Below are positions 9,450 through 19,186 of a DNA stretch of 64,000 nt, one piece after another; position 1 is the first letter of the stretch, and every line of letters starts with the position of its first letter. The stretch is from Bacillales bacterium (lineage in GTDB: Bacteria; Bacillota; Bacilli; Paenibacillales; CANHCR01): assembly GCA_947459205.1 (NCBI GenBank), contig CANHCR010000001.1:74870-138869 (forward strand), read 5' to 3'. The translations under genes and the position numbers were made by a program. A model generated the notes under the pieces. It worked only from the letters and a program-made list of their open reading frames with translations. It did not search any database and was not told where the DNA came from.

Positions 9450-10766
9450 ATGTCAGTCGCCGGGGAAATACGAACAGTTACGGTCATCGGTGCGGGGCTT
9501 GCTGGCAGTGAGGCTGCATGGCAAATTGCTTCTGCTGGTGCGCCAGTGAAATTATATGAGATGCGGCCCGTGCGCAAAACGGCGGCCCATCATACTTCGC
9601 AGTTTGCCGAGTTGGTATGCAGCAACTCGTTGCGGGCGAACGGATTGACGAATGCGGTTGGCGTGATGAAAGAGGAAATGCGCCGTCTGAATTCACTCAT
9701 TTTGCGATGTGCAGACGAGCATGCGGTGCCTGCAGGTGGGGCGCTAGCGGTCGATCGTGACGGCTTCTGCGCCGCGGTGACGGAGACGTTGCGCAACCAT
9801 CCGCTTATCGAAGTGGTCAATGAAGAATTGCCAGAGATACCAGACGGCATTGTCGTCGTTGCCACTGGTCCGCTCACCTCGCCTGATTTGTCGCAATGTA
9901 TCAAACAGTTGATTGGCGAAGAATATTTATATTTCTATGATGCGGCCGCGCCAATTATCGAAAAAGATTCGATTGACATGAGCAAGGTCTACTTGGCGTC
10001 ACGTTACGACAAAGGTGAGGCGGCTTATTTGAACTGCCCGATGAGCGAAGAGGAGTTCAATCATTTCTATGATAATTTGATTACGGCTGATGTCGCACCG
10101 CTCAAAGAGTTCGAGAAAGAGATTTATTTTGAAGGGTGCATGCCGATTGAGGTGATGGCGAAACGCGGTCGGCAAACGATGTTGTTCGGACCGTTGAAGC
10201 CGGTTGGTCTCATCAACCCGCATACAGGAAAAATGCCTTATGCGGTCGTGCAGCTAAGGCAAGACAATGCGGCGGGCACGTTGTATAACATGGTCGGATT
10301 TCAGACGCACCTCAAGTGGGGCGAGCAAAAGCGTGTGTTCGGCCTCATACCTGGGTTGGAGCAAGCGGAAATTGTGCGTTACGGGGTCATGCACCGCAAT
10401 ACGTTCATCAACTCACCGAACTGTTTGCGTCCGACGTATCAATTTAAAAATCGCGATGAGTTGTTTTTTGCTGGACAAATGACGGGTGTGGAGGGCTATG
10501 TTGAGTCGGCTGCATCAGGGTTGATTGCTGGCTTGAATGCTGCGCGCGTGGCCAAAGGACAATCGTGCCTCGTCTTGCCACCGGAGTCGACGCTCGGTTC
10601 GATGGCGCAATACATTACGTCTGCGGATGCGCGTCATTTTCAACCGATGAATGCAAATTTCGGTCTGTTGCCACCGCTTGAGGAGCGAATTCGAAATAAA
10701 AAGCTGAAAAACGAGCGTTTGGCCGAGCGGGCTCTAGCGGCCATTGAGCCGTATCAACTGACATGA
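9450..10766 (+). CDS. trmFO: Methylenetetrahydrofolate--tRNA-(uracil54-C5)-methyltransferase TrmFO (Gid)
   Basis: FAD motif [23 protein letters not shown] motif, 438 aa. Synteny topA-gid-codV. Confidence 0.95.
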   Translation: MSVAGEIRTVTVIGAGLAGSEAAWQIASAGAPVKLYEMRPVRKTAAHHTSQFAELVCSNSLRANGLTNAVGVMKEEMRRLNSLILRCADEHAVPAGGALAVDRDGFCAAVTETLRNHPLIEVVNEELPEIPDGIVVVATGPLTSPDLSQCIKQLIGEEYLYFYDAAAPIIEKDSIDMSKVYLASRYDKGEAAYLNCPMSEEEFNHFYDNLITADVAPLKEFEKEIYFEGCMPIEVMAKRGRQTMLFGPLKPVGLINPHTGKMPYAVVQLRQDNAAGTLYNMVGFQTHLKWGEQKRVFGLIPGLEQAEIVRYGVMHRNTFINSPNCLRPTYQFKNRDELFFAGQMTGVEGYVESAASGLIAGLNAARVAKGQSCLVLPPESTLGSMAQYITSADARHFQPMNANFGLLPPLEERIRNKKLKNERLAERALAAIEPYQLT

Positions 10767-11653
10767 ACGACGACTTGCTGGAACAGTTTTTGCTTTACTT
10801 GCAGGTGGAGAAAAATAGTTCTGCATACACTGTGCGCAACTATGCCGCTGACTTGCTCCAGTTTGGCGAATTTGTCAGCGAACGCGGCATCGCCAGCCTC
10901 CTAGCCGTTCAGTATCATGACGTGCGTGCTTTTTTGGCTTTTCTACATAGCGAACAATACGCTCGCCGTACTGTGTCGCGCAAGTTGTCAGCGCTTCGCT
11001 CGTTCTATGCCTATCTTGTAAAGCAGGAACAATTGAGCGCAAGTCCGTTGACGGCGATGAAGTCGCCGAAAATCGAAAAAAAATTACCGACATTTTTGTA
11101 TCCGGAAGAAATACGTCAGTTGCTCGAAGCGCCCGACGTGACGAAGACGCTCGGCATGCGCGATGCTGCATTGCTCGAGACGTTGTACGCTGCGGGGATG
11201 CGTGTCAGCGAGTTGGTCGGGCTCAACCTACGCGATGTTGATTTGCGCATCGGTACGGCGCTGGTGTTCGGTAAAGGGTCTAAAGAACGCTATGTGCCGT
11301 TGGGGGATTATGCGTGTCATGCAATCGCTCGATACTTGGATTCGGGACGTCCGCACTTGTTGACTGACGAGCGAGAGCAGGCACTGTTTTTGAATTACAA
11401 AGGTGGGCGCATGTCGGATCGCAGCGTACGGCGGATGCTCGACGGCTATATGCGTGCGTTGGCGCAGACGAAAAAAGTCAGTCCGCACACCTTGCGGCAT
11501 ACGTTTGCGACGCACTTATTGGAGGCTGGCGCTGATTTGCGTTCCGTGCAGGAGATGCTCGGGCACGTCAATATTTCGACGACACAAATTTACACGCACG
11601 TGACGCGCGATCATTTGCAGTCGGTGTACAATCAGTCGCATCCGCGCGCTTGA
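10763..11653 (+). CDS. xerC: Tyrosine recombinase XerC (CodV)
   Basis: Catalytic-region motifs [43 protein letters not shown] overlap with trmFO. Position upstream of hslVU-codY, so this is chromosomal Xer rather than a mobile-element integrase. Confidence 0.9.
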   Translation: MNDDLLEQFLLYLQVEKNSSAYTVRNYAADLLQFGEFVSERGIASLLAVQYHDVRAFLAFLHSEQYARRTVSRKLSALRSFYAYLVKQEQLSASPLTAMKSPKIEKKLPTFLYPEEIRQLLEAPDVTKTLGMRDAALLETLYAAGMRVSELVGLNLRDVDLRIGTALVFGKGSKERYVPLGDYACHAIARYLDSGRPHLLTDEREQALFLNYKGGRMSDRSVRRMLDGYMRALAQTKKVSPHTLRHTFATHLLEAGADLRSVQEMLGHVNISTTQIYTHVTRDHLQSVYNQSHPRA

Positions 11654-11691
11654 AGTGTATACGGGAAGCGAACATATTTATATGAGGAGGC

Positions 11692-12264
11692 ATGACGATG
11701 ATGGAGCATAACATGACAACGAACGGTTCGCCGTTTCACGCGACGACGATTTTTGCGATACGTCACAAAGGAAAAGGAGCGATGGCGGGCGATGGTCAGG
11801 TCACGTTTGCCAACTCGATGGTGATGAAGCAAACGGCAAAAAAAGTGCGGCGTCTCTATCGTGGACAGGTGGTCGCTGGTTTTGCTGGGGCAGTTGCCGA
11901 TGCGTTCACGCTGTTTGAAAAATTTGAAGCGAAACTTGAAGAATATCATGGTCAATTGCAACGCGCGGCGGTGGAACTTGCCAAGGATTGGCGACAAGAT
12001 AAAATGTTGCGGCGCCTCGAAGCGATGATGGTTGCGATGGATGGTGAAAATTTGTTGCTTATTTCGGGGACGGGTGAAATCATCGAACCAGACGATGGCA
12101 TTATTGCGATTGGGTCTGGAGGAAGTTTTGCCTTGGCGGCGGGACGAGCGCTGATTGCACATGCTGCTCATCTGTCAGCCGCAGAAATCGCCAGAGCATC
12201 GTTGGAAACCGCGGCTGACATTTGCGTATATACGAATCGAAATATAATCGTTGAGGAACTATGA
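11692..12264 (+). CDS. hslV: ATP-dependent protease subunit HslV (ClpQ/CodW); start ambiguous (ATG 11698, 11701 or 11713)
   Basis: [24 protein letters not shown] matches B. subtilis Cod[22 protein letters not shown] at 11685-11690 favours 11698/11701, and GGAG at 11703 favours 11713. Confidence 0.9.
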   Translation: MTMMEHNMTTNGSPFHATTIFAIRHKGKGAMAGDGQVTFANSMVMKQTAKKVRRLYRGQVVAGFAGAVADAFTLFEKFEAKLEEYHGQLQRAAVELAKDWRQDKMLRRLEAMMVAMDGENLLLISGTGEIIEPDDGIIAIGSGGSFALAAGRALIAHAAHLSAAEIARASLETAADICVYTNRNIIVEEL

Positions 12265-12280
12265 CGGAGGCAGGTAGAAG

Positions 12281-13570
12281 ATGGCAATCGACAAACACAA
12301 TTTGACACCGCGACAAATCGTAGCACAGTTAGATCAGTATATCGTCGGTCAAAAACGAGCCAAAAAAATGGTGGCAGTTGCGATGCGCAATCGGTTCCGT
12401 AGACAGGCGCTGTCCGAGCAATTGCGCGATGACGTGATTCCGAAAAACATTTTGATGATTGGACCGACTGGTGTCGGAAAAACGGAAATTGCTCGTCGTT
12501 TGGCGAAATTAGCCGATGCGCCGTTCGTCAAAGTTGAAGCTACCAAATTTACTGAGGTTGGTTATGTCGGGCGAGACGTCGAATCGATGGTTCGGGACTT
12601 GGTTGAAACGGCGATTCGGATGGTGCGCGAGGAAAGCATGGACAAAATGATGCACGTCGCACGCCAACGAGCGGAAGATCGCTTACAACAATTGCTGATT
12701 AAAGAAGGCAAAGTGCAGCCTGGTATGTCGGCGAGTGAGATAGAGGGACTAGAGATTGAAGTGGAGACGGAGGACGAGACCGTACCGCTATTTGACATGT
12801 TCGGTGGGCAGGGCAATGAGCAACTTGGTAATTTTCAAGAAATGCTTGGCAAATTCATGCCGAAGAAAAAGAAAAAGCGCCGTCTGAAAGTATCAGAGGC
12901 GCGAAAACTGTTGGAGCAGGAAGAAGCTGCGAAATTGATCGATATGGATGATGTGACGCAGCGAGCTTTGCGTCGTGCTGAACAAAACGGTATTATTTTT
13001 ATAGATGAAATCGACAAAGTAGCCGGTACGGGGAGAACCGCCGGACCTGATGTGTCGCGTGAAGGTGTGCAACGCGACATTTTGCCAATCGTTGAAGGTT
13101 GCACTGTCGTGACGAAACATGGGGCCATCAAGACTGATTACATTTTGTTTATTGCTGCGGGCGCATTTCACATATCCAAACCTTCTGATTTGATTCCAGA
13201 GTTGCAAGGGCGATTTCCTGTACGCGTGGAGCTCGACAGTTTGACGAAAGAAGACTTTATCGCGATTTTGACTGAGCCGCAAAATGCATTGACGAAGCAG
13301 TACGCTGCCTTGTTAGCTACTGAGGGAATGAATATTGCGTTTAGCGATGAGGCAATAGCTGAACTCGCAGAGATTGCTGCTGAAGTGAATCGCACAACGG
13401 AAAATATTGGCGCACGTCGTTTGCACACGATTTTGGAAAAACTGTTAGAAGATTTGTCGTTCGAAGCGCCAGACATCCAATTGGAGTATTTTCTCATTAC
13501 GCCTGAATATGTGCGTGAAAAGTTACAGTCGATTGCGCGTAACAAAGACTTGAGTCAGTATATTTTATAA
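12281..13570 (+). CDS. hslU: ATP-dependent protease ATPase subunit HslU (ClpY)
   Basis: [22 protein letters not shown], Walker [17 protein letters not shown]-terminal [10 protein letters not shown]. Confidence 0.95.
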   Translation: MAIDKHNLTPRQIVAQLDQYIVGQKRAKKMVAVAMRNRFRRQALSEQLRDDVIPKNILMIGPTGVGKTEIARRLAKLADAPFVKVEATKFTEVGYVGRDVESMVRDLVETAIRMVREESMDKMMHVARQRAEDRLQQLLIKEGKVQPGMSASEIEGLEIEVETEDETVPLFDMFGGQGNEQLGNFQEMLGKFMPKKKKKRRLKVSEARKLLEQEEAAKLIDMDDVTQRALRRAEQNGIIFIDEIDKVAGTGRTAGPDVSREGVQRDILPIVEGCTVVTKHGAIKTDYILFIAAGAFHISKPSDLIPELQGRFPVRVELDSLTKEDFIAILTEPQNALTKQYAALLATEGMNIAFSDEAIAELAEIAAEVNRTTENIGARRLHTILEKLLEDLSFEAPDIQLEYFLITPEYVREKLQSIARNKDLSQYIL

Positions 13571-13599
13571 ATTTTGTGATACAAGCAGGAGGACGGACA

Positions 13600-14379
13600 G
13601 TGAGCATATTGGCGAAAACAAGGCGTCTCAATAAATTGTTACAAAAGTCGGGCGGACAAGCGGTTAATTTCATGGACATGGCGGAGGTGCTGCGCGAGGC
13701 GATTCACGCTGATGTATACGTGGTCAGTCGCAAAGGGAAAATTCTCGGGTTTTCGATGGCATCGCCGTACGTCACACCAGGCATGAACATTATGGTAGTT
13801 GAAGAGCGGAGGTTTCCGGAAGGTTACAACGCAATGTTTTTGCAAATTGATGAAACGACATCCAATAATGATGTGCATAGTGCGTATAGCATTCTACTTT
13901 CGAAAATTCACGACTTTTTTAAACGCACACATACATTGGTTGTGCCGATAATCGGCGGCGGGCAACGGTGGGGCACATTGGTGCTGACGAGTGGTGAGCA
14001 GCCGTTTGACGAAACCGATTTGGTATTAGCCGAATATGGAGCGACCGTGGTCGGTATGGAAATTTTGCGTGTGCGCGCTGACGAAATCGAGCAAGAATCA
14101 CGCAATAAAGCGGTTGTTCAAGTTGCAGTGTCATCGCTATCTTTCAGTGAACAAGAAGCAGTTGGGCTTATTTTTGATGAACTGAATGGAACCGAAGGGT
14201 TGTTGGTCGCAAGTAAAATTGCGGATCGGGCTGATTTGACGCGCTCTGTTATCGTCAATGCGCTTCGCAAACTTGAGAGTGCCGGAGTAATCGAAACGCG
14301 CTCGCTTGGCATGAAGGGTACATATATCAAAATATTAAACGAACAGATCGTGACAGAGATTCGCCATTTTTCCAAATGA
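13600..14379 (+). CDS. codY: GTP/BCAA-sensing global regulator CodY
   Basis: Near-colinear with B. subtilis CodY (…ASKIADR..LTRSVIVNALRKLESAGVIE.RSLGMKGTYIK). AGGAGG lies 8 nt upstream of GTG 13600, giving 259 aa, the same length as B. subtilis CodY. Confidence 0.95.
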   Translation: MSILAKTRRLNKLLQKSGGQAVNFMDMAEVLREAIHADVYVVSRKGKILGFSMASPYVTPGMNIMVVEERRFPEGYNAMFLQIDETTSNNDVHSAYSILLSKIHDFFKRTHTLVVPIIGGGQRWGTLVLTSGEQPFDETDLVLAEYGATVVGMEILRVRADEIEQESRNKAVVQVAVSSLSFSEQEAVGLIFDELNGTEGLLVASKIADRADLTRSVIVNALRKLESAGVIETRSLGMKGTYIKILNEQIVTEIRHFSK

Positions 14380-14398
14380 GATTTTTTAAATTCCTATA

Positions 14399-14427
14399 TC
14401 GACAAATGATATAAAATAGTTTATAGT
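14399..14427 (+). promoter_or_regulatory. Candidate sigma-A promoter of the flagellar operon (TCGACA-N17-TATAGT)
   Basis: -35 at 14399-14404, exactly 17-nt spacer, -10 at 14422-14427, about 90 nt upstream of flgB. The position is analogous to the B. subtilis Pfla/che(A) promoter. Pattern match only. Confidence 0.45.
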
Positions 14428-14519
14428 TTTTGTGAACATTTTTTTAAAAAAAGAAGGAGTTTCGCAAAAGTTCACGAATTATTATTAAATCATTACTGTT
14501 GAAGGGGGTATTGTGCCCT

Positions 14520-14924
14520 ATGTCGTTTTTATTTAAACCAAGTTTATCGGTCTTAGAACGATCGCTGGACACATCTGCGCTTCGCCAAAAAGTCATCGCG
14601 AATAACATCGCAAACGCCGACACACCGTTCTTTAAACGGTCTGAAGTCGATTTTGAGAATGTGTTGAAGGATGCAATGAGCGAAACAAAATTCGCGGGGT
14701 TGCGTACAAATAGCAAGCACATTCCGATTGGTCGTGGTGTCGTTCGTGATGTCATGCCAGAAGTGATAGTGGATGACAAGACGTTGATCAAGAACAACAA
14801 GAATAATGTCGACATCGATTTGGAAATGGCACAGATGTCGAAAAATGCGATGCGTTATAACGTGCTCGTCGAACGTATGTCCAAAGAATTCAAAGGGTTG
14901 CGTACAGCAATTGAGGGGAGATGA
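14520..14924 (+). CDS. flgB: Flagellar basal-body rod protein FlgB
   Basis: ALRQKVIANNIANADTPFFKR rod-protein N-terminal motif. ATG 14520 lies downstream of GAAGGGGG. First gene after codY, as in B. subtilis. Confidence 0.9.
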   Translation: MSFLFKPSLSVLERSLDTSALRQKVIANNIANADTPFFKRSEVDFENVLKDAMSETKFAGLRTNSKHIPIGRGVVRDVMPEVIVDDKTLIKNNKNNVDIDLEMAQMSKNAMRYNVLVERMSKEFKGLRTAIEGR

Positions 14925-14930
14925 TAGAGG

Positions 14931-15377
14931 ATGAGAATTACCAATGCTTTTGACATTAGTACATCGGCTCTAACCGCACAACGGATGCGGATGGATGTTA
15001 TTTCCTCGAATATTGCCAACGCAGAAACAACGCGCGGACGCCTAGTCGACGGGAAATGGGTCCCTTACGCCCGCAAATTGGTACATTTTTCGCCAGTAGA
15101 GAAATCGTTTTCACAGATTCTGAATGAAGCGACGGACACGACTGGACGAGGTGTGACGATATCGAAAATTACCGAAGATCGAACACCTTTTAAAAGAGTA
15201 TTTAATCCAACACATCCGGACTCGGATGAAAACGGTTACTTATTAATGCCGAATGTCGACCCACTGAAAGAAATGGTGGATATGATATCTGCAACGCGCT
15301 CCTATGAAGCGAATGTGGCGGCACTGAATGCATCGAAAATCATGTTCGCCAAAGCACTAGATATCGGTAAACAATAA
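14931..15377 (+). CDS. flgC: Flagellar basal-body rod protein FlgC
   Basis: SALTAQRMRMDVISSNIANAETTR, plus C-terminal SYEANVAALNASKIMFAKALDIG. Confidence 0.93.
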   Translation: MRITNAFDISTSALTAQRMRMDVISSNIANAETTRGRLVDGKWVPYARKLVHFSPVEKSFSQILNEATDTTGRGVTISKITEDRTPFKRVFNPTHPDSDENGYLLMPNVDPLKEMVDMISATRSYEANVAALNASKIMFAKALDIGKQ

Positions 15378-15395
15378 CGGGAATGAGGGAATGAA

Positions 15396-15722
15396 ATGAT
15401 TAACGGCATAAATTCACAAAACTTTGCACCGTCAGCGATTAAATTTGGCTTTGATAACGTGCAAAACAAAGTGGCCGATGCGACTTCCGCTGTAGATGTG
15501 ACGAAAAGTTTCGGACAATTTTTAACGGATGCCGTCAGTGATATGAATCAACAAAGAACATACGTCGGTGATTTGCAACAGAAGTTCATAACCGGTGAGT
15601 TGCCGGATGTGCACCGATTAATGATTGAGGCTGAAAAAGCATCTCTTGCTACATCGCTAACGATTCAAATTCGCAATAAAGTCGTTGAAGCTTATCAAGA
15701 GATCATGCGCATACAAGTATAG
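15396..15722 (+). CDS. fliE: Flagellar hook-basal body complex protein FliE
   Basis: 108 aa. C-terminal pattern LHRLMIEAEKASLATSLTIQIRNKVVEAYQEIMRIQV is typical of FliE, and the operon position fits. Confidence 0.85.
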   Translation: MINGINSQNFAPSAIKFGFDNVQNKVADATSAVDVTKSFGQFLTDAVSDMNQQRTYVGDLQQKFITGELPDVHRLMIEAEKASLATSLTIQIRNKVVEAYQEIMRIQV

Positions 15723-15762
15723 TTATGGTTAATTTTCAGCAATTCTTGAATGGGGTGGCATA

Positions 15763-17352
15763 GTGAACGAAAAGTTGAACCAGTATCGCGGAACCCTTTC
15801 GCAATATTGGCAGCGGTTTACCAACGCGCAAAAGTGGATGCTAATTGGCAGTGCGGTTTTATTGCTAATCGTAATGTTTGTTGTCATCCTAAACTTCGCA
15901 AAAACCGAGTACTCGCTCGCTTTTACGGATTTGCAACCTGGAGATGCCGCGGCTATTAAAACGTACCTTGATTCGAACTCGATTCCTTATCAATTGAGTC
16001 CGGACGGTACGAGTATTGGTGTTCCTACAGAGATGGTTGCCGATGTTCGATTGAATGTCGAGTCGCAAGGTCTGAATCAGAACGGCGCACTCGGTTACGG
16101 AATTTTCAGAAACAACATGTCTGGCTTTGGTACAACCGAAAATGAGTTTAATGTTCTGAAAGTGGATGCGATTGCCGGTGAAATCCAGCAGATGCTGAAT
16201 TTGATTAACGGGGTTGCAAGTTCGAAAGTTGTCATCACGATGCCAGAACAATCGGTCTTCTTGAACACGGAAGATCAGACAGATTCTAGCGCATCCGTCA
16301 TTGTGAAAATCAAACCGGGATATGTGATTGATCAACCGAAAATTGACACCATGTATCACCTTGTTGCGAAAAGTGTGCCTGGCTTAGATTACGCTAACAT
16401 CTCGATTTCAAACCAAGACGGTGATTATCTCGCTTACTCCAAGGATGGCGAGCAAGACGGAAGCGCAGCGACGGCAGTTGCTGGTAACTTGCAAATTAAG
16501 AAACAGTTCGAAGTGGACATGCAGAAGAACATCAAGCAATGGCTCGGTATGATGTTCGGTCAAAACAAAGTTGCGGTAACCGTAACTTCGAACATGAATT
16601 TCGATCAAAAGAACACGGTCGAAAAATTGGTCGCTCCTGTTGTTGATACAAAAGGGTTGCCGATTAGCGAAGAGGAAATTAATAAATCGACGTCAAATCA
16701 GACGACCGAAGGCGGAACGACGGGTACTGGCGAATCGGAAGTATCGAACTTCAATACGCCAACCGCTAATGGTAATGCTGAAACGGAAGAAAGTGAACGT
16801 CGTACGAATTACGAAATTAATCGGACAGAAAATCAAATTGTTGCAAGTCCGTTTCAATTGCGAGATTTGTCGATTAGTGTTGCGTTAGAGTCGGCAGAGA
16901 CGGATAAAATGACGCCGCAACAGTTGACTGATATTAGATCATACCTGCAAAACATTATTCGTACCAGTTTGGCTGATAGTGATCAGGAATTGAACGACAC
17001 GAATCTTGCGAATCGTGTAACGGTTATGGAGAGCACTTCCTTCGAGGGGAAAACAGTACTCGAAGAACCGACAAACCTAACTACATACTTGTTGTTGGGC
17101 GGACTTGCTCTAGCACTTGTAGCGTTCGGAGCGCTTTGGTTCGTCAGACGTCGTCAAGCTCGTATTGCTGAAGAAGAAGTCAAAGCGGCAGCGGCGGCGG
17201 CAGCGGCAGCAGCCGAGCAACAAGGTGGTAAAATTCTCGATATCGAGATGGCAACAAACGAGAACCAAATTCGTCGTCAACTCGAGGCGCTTGCCCGCAG
17301 AAAACCGGAAGAATTCGTTTCCATCCTGCGTTCATGGATACTTGAAGAATAG
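15763..17352 (+). CDS. fliF: Flagellar MS-ring protein FliF
   Basis: 529 aa with an N-terminal TM, YscJ/FliF-family periplasmic domains, a second TM (LLLGGLALALVAFGALWFV) and a C-terminal FliG-binding tail. Confidence 0.93.
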   Translation: MNEKLNQYRGTLSQYWQRFTNAQKWMLIGSAVLLLIVMFVVILNFAKTEYSLAFTDLQPGDAAAIKTYLDSNSIPYQLSPDGTSIGVPTEMVADVRLNVESQGLNQNGALGYGIFRNNMSGFGTTENEFNVLKVDAIAGEIQQMLNLINGVASSKVVITMPEQSVFLNTEDQTDSSASVIVKIKPGYVIDQPKIDTMYHLVAKSVPGLDYANISISNQDGDYLAYSKDGEQDGSAATAVAGNLQIKKQFEVDMQKNIKQWLGMMFGQNKVAVTVTSNMNFDQKNTVEKLVAPVVDTKGLPISEEEINKSTSNQTTEGGTTGTGESEVSNFNTPTANGNAETEESERRTNYEINRTENQIVASPFQLRDLSISVALESAETDKMTPQQLTDIRSYLQNIIRTSLADSDQELNDTNLANRVTVMESTSFEGKTVLEEPTNLTTYLLLGGLALALVAFGALWFVRRRQARIAEEEVKAAAAAAAAAAEQQGGKILDIEMATNENQIRRQLEALARRKPEEFVSILRSWILEE

Positions 17353-17367
17353 AGGTGTAATCAATAA

Positions 17368-18381
17368 ATGGCTCGTCTCCAACAAGGGTTAACTGGTCGT
17401 CAGAAAGCCGCGGTTCTCATGATTAGCTTGGGACCGGATGTATCTGCGAACATTTTTAAACACTTATCCGATGATGAAATCGAACAGTTGACTCTTGAGA
17501 TTGCCAATGTAAGAAAGGTGGAGCCTCAAGAGAAAGAAAACGTCCTGTCCGAGTTCCATCAACTTTGTGTTGCCCAAGAATACATCTCATCGGGCGGTAT
17601 CAAATATGCGAAAGATGTACTTGAAAAGGCGCTTGGTCCTCAACGTGCAATTGAGATGATCAACCGACTTACGGCAACATTGCAGGTTCGTCCGTTTGAT
17701 TTTGCTCGAAAAGCTGATCCATCACAAATTTTGAACTTTATTCAAAATGAGAGCCCGCAAACGATTGCGCTCATATTGTCTTATTTGCAGGCAGAACAAG
17801 CATCGCTCATCCTATCCTCTTTGCCACAAGAGAAACAAGCGGACGTGGCGAAACGGATTGCATTGATGGAAAGTACCAATCCTGAAATCGTCAGCGAAGT
17901 CGAAAAAGTGCTTGAGCAAAAATTGTCAGCGACTGTCGTCTCCGATTACTCAAGTGCTGGCGGAATTCAAGCGATTGTCGACATCCTCAATGGTGTTGAT
18001 CGCGGAACAGAGCGCACCATTCTCGATTCGCTCGAAATTCAAGATCCAGAATTGGCGGAAGAAATCAAGAAGAGAATGTTCGTCTTCGAAGACATCGTGT
18101 CGCTTGATAATCGTGCCATTCAACGGATTATTCGTGAGATTGAAAATGCTGACTTACAACTCGCTTTGAAGGTAGCTGGCGATGAAGTGAAAGACGTTGT
18201 ATTTAAAAATATGTCGAAACGGATGGCCGAAACATTCAAAGAAGAAATGGAATATATGGGGCCCGTTCGTTTGCGTGACGTAGAAGAAGCACAAACACGG
18301 ATTGTTGCCATCATTCGTCGTCTAGAAGAATCCGGTGAAATCGTCATCGCTCGTGGCGGAAGGGATGATATCATTGTCTAG
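17368..18381 (+). CDS. fliG: Flagellar motor switch protein FliG
   Basis: LTGRQKAAVLMISLGPDVSANIFKHLSDDEIEQLTLEIA, MFVFEDI motif, 337 aa. Confidence 0.95.
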   Translation: MARLQQGLTGRQKAAVLMISLGPDVSANIFKHLSDDEIEQLTLEIANVRKVEPQEKENVLSEFHQLCVAQEYISSGGIKYAKDVLEKALGPQRAIEMINRLTATLQVRPFDFARKADPSQILNFIQNESPQTIALILSYLQAEQASLILSSLPQEKQADVAKRIALMESTNPEIVSEVEKVLEQKLSATVVSDYSSAGGIQAIVDILNGVDRGTERTILDSLEIQDPELAEEIKKRMFVFEDIVSLDNRAIQRIIREIENADLQLALKVAGDEVKDVVFKNMSKRMAETFKEEMEYMGPVRLRDVEEAQTRIVAIIRRLEESGEIVIARGGRDDIIV

Positions 18382-19186
18382 TGTTTTCAAACCTTATCAG
18401 GTGAGAACGGTTACGAATCCGGTGAAAATTACGTCACACATTCAACCGACAGAGCCAACAGATTCCGACTCGACTTCTTCGCATGAAGAACAACAGCAAG
18501 CGATCGATCAGACAGTTGTCGAAACCATGTTAGCCGATGCCAAACGTTTGGCAGAAGAAATTGTCGGTACCGCAAACCAAGAAGCGAATGCAATCAAAGA
18601 CAATACGCAGACTGAGATCGAAACTTGGTGGGCTGAACGCCGTGCCGAAGATGAGCAACTCGTGCAACAAGCGACCGAAACAGGTTTTACGACGGGATAT
18701 GAAGAAGGGGTAAAACTCGCCGAGGCTGAAGTTCGCCAGCAATATGAGGACGTTGTTACTCAAGCTGAGCAATTGGTCGAACAGGCATTCATCGTCAAAA
18801 ATCAAATCATTGCCGAAGCAGAACCGTTCCTACTGGAACTGAGCATACAAATTGCGGAGAAAATCATTCAAAAGCAATTGTCAGTCGATGAATCATACAT
18901 TAAAGAATTGATTCAAAAGCAGTTGCAACGAAAACGCGAAAAAGGTGTCATCACATTATGTGTTGCACCTGCGCAGTTTATGCTGATGAACGCGAGTCGC
19001 GAAGAATTGTCACGTTCGATTGACGCGCAAGCTGAGTTGCAAATTATCCCTGATGCGTCTGTACAAGATATGGGGTGTGTCATTCGTTCCGCGTTTGGAA
19101 CGATCGATGCTCGAATTGAAACTCAGTTAACGGAAATTAAGAAAGCGCTATATTCTGTGTTGCTAGCAGACGAGGAAGTGAAATAA
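18335..19186 (+). CDS. fliH: Flagellar assembly protein FliH; start uncertain (ATG 18365 or TTG 18374 is more likely than 18335)
   Basis: The E/Q-rich coiled-coil central region plus a C-terminal FliH/YscL-like domain (ITLCVAPAQF...GCVIRSAFGTIDARIETQL) support the call. Its stop overlaps the fliI start (TAATG). Confidence 0.75.
   Translation: MKSSSLVAEGMISLSSVFKPYQVRTVTNPVKITSHIQPTEPTDSDSTSSHEEQQQAIDQTVVETMLADAKRLAEEIVGTANQEANAIKDNTQTEIETWWAERRAEDEQLVQQATETGFTTGYEEGVKLAEAEVRQQYEDVVTQAEQLVEQAFIVKNQIIAEAEPFLLELSIQIAEKIIQKQLSVDESYIKELIQKQLQRKREKGVITLCVAPAQFMLMNASREELSRSIDAQAELQIIPDASVQDMGCVIRSAFGTIDARIETQLTEIKKALYSVLLADEEVK

Noticed and set aside
10763-11653. Tyrosine recombinase, considered as a possible integrase marking a mobile element
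   Set aside because: It sits in the conserved trmFO-xerC(codV)-hslVU-codY core arrangement, with no flanking repeats, tRNA or phage genes, so it is chromosomal XerC.
14430-14477. Inverted repeat TTGTGAAC ... GTTCACGA in the flgB leader, superficially like Rex-box half-sites (TTGTGAA-N6-TTCACAA), with rex encoded in the window
   Set aside because: The half-sites are separated by about 32 nt rather than 6 and only 6 bp are complementary, so this is not a Rex operator. It could be weak RNA structure in the 5' UTR at most.
14381-14498. CodY box (AATTTTCWGAAAATT) and a SigD-type promoter (TAAA-N15-GCCGATAT) upstream of flgB
   Set aside because: The best CodY-box-like 15-mers have 5 or more mismatches. 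The best SigD-like match (TAAA at 14387, then TGATAT at 14407-14412) has a 14-nt spacer, lacks the GCC and overlaps the better sigma-A candidate. Both are too weak to call.
17185-17214. Ten consecutive Ala codons (GCG/GCA/GCC) in fliF, a possible slippage-prone trinucleotide repeat
   Set aside because: It lies in the poorly conserved cytoplasmic linker of FliF, uses mixed codons and stays in frame. There is no evidence of phase-variable function.
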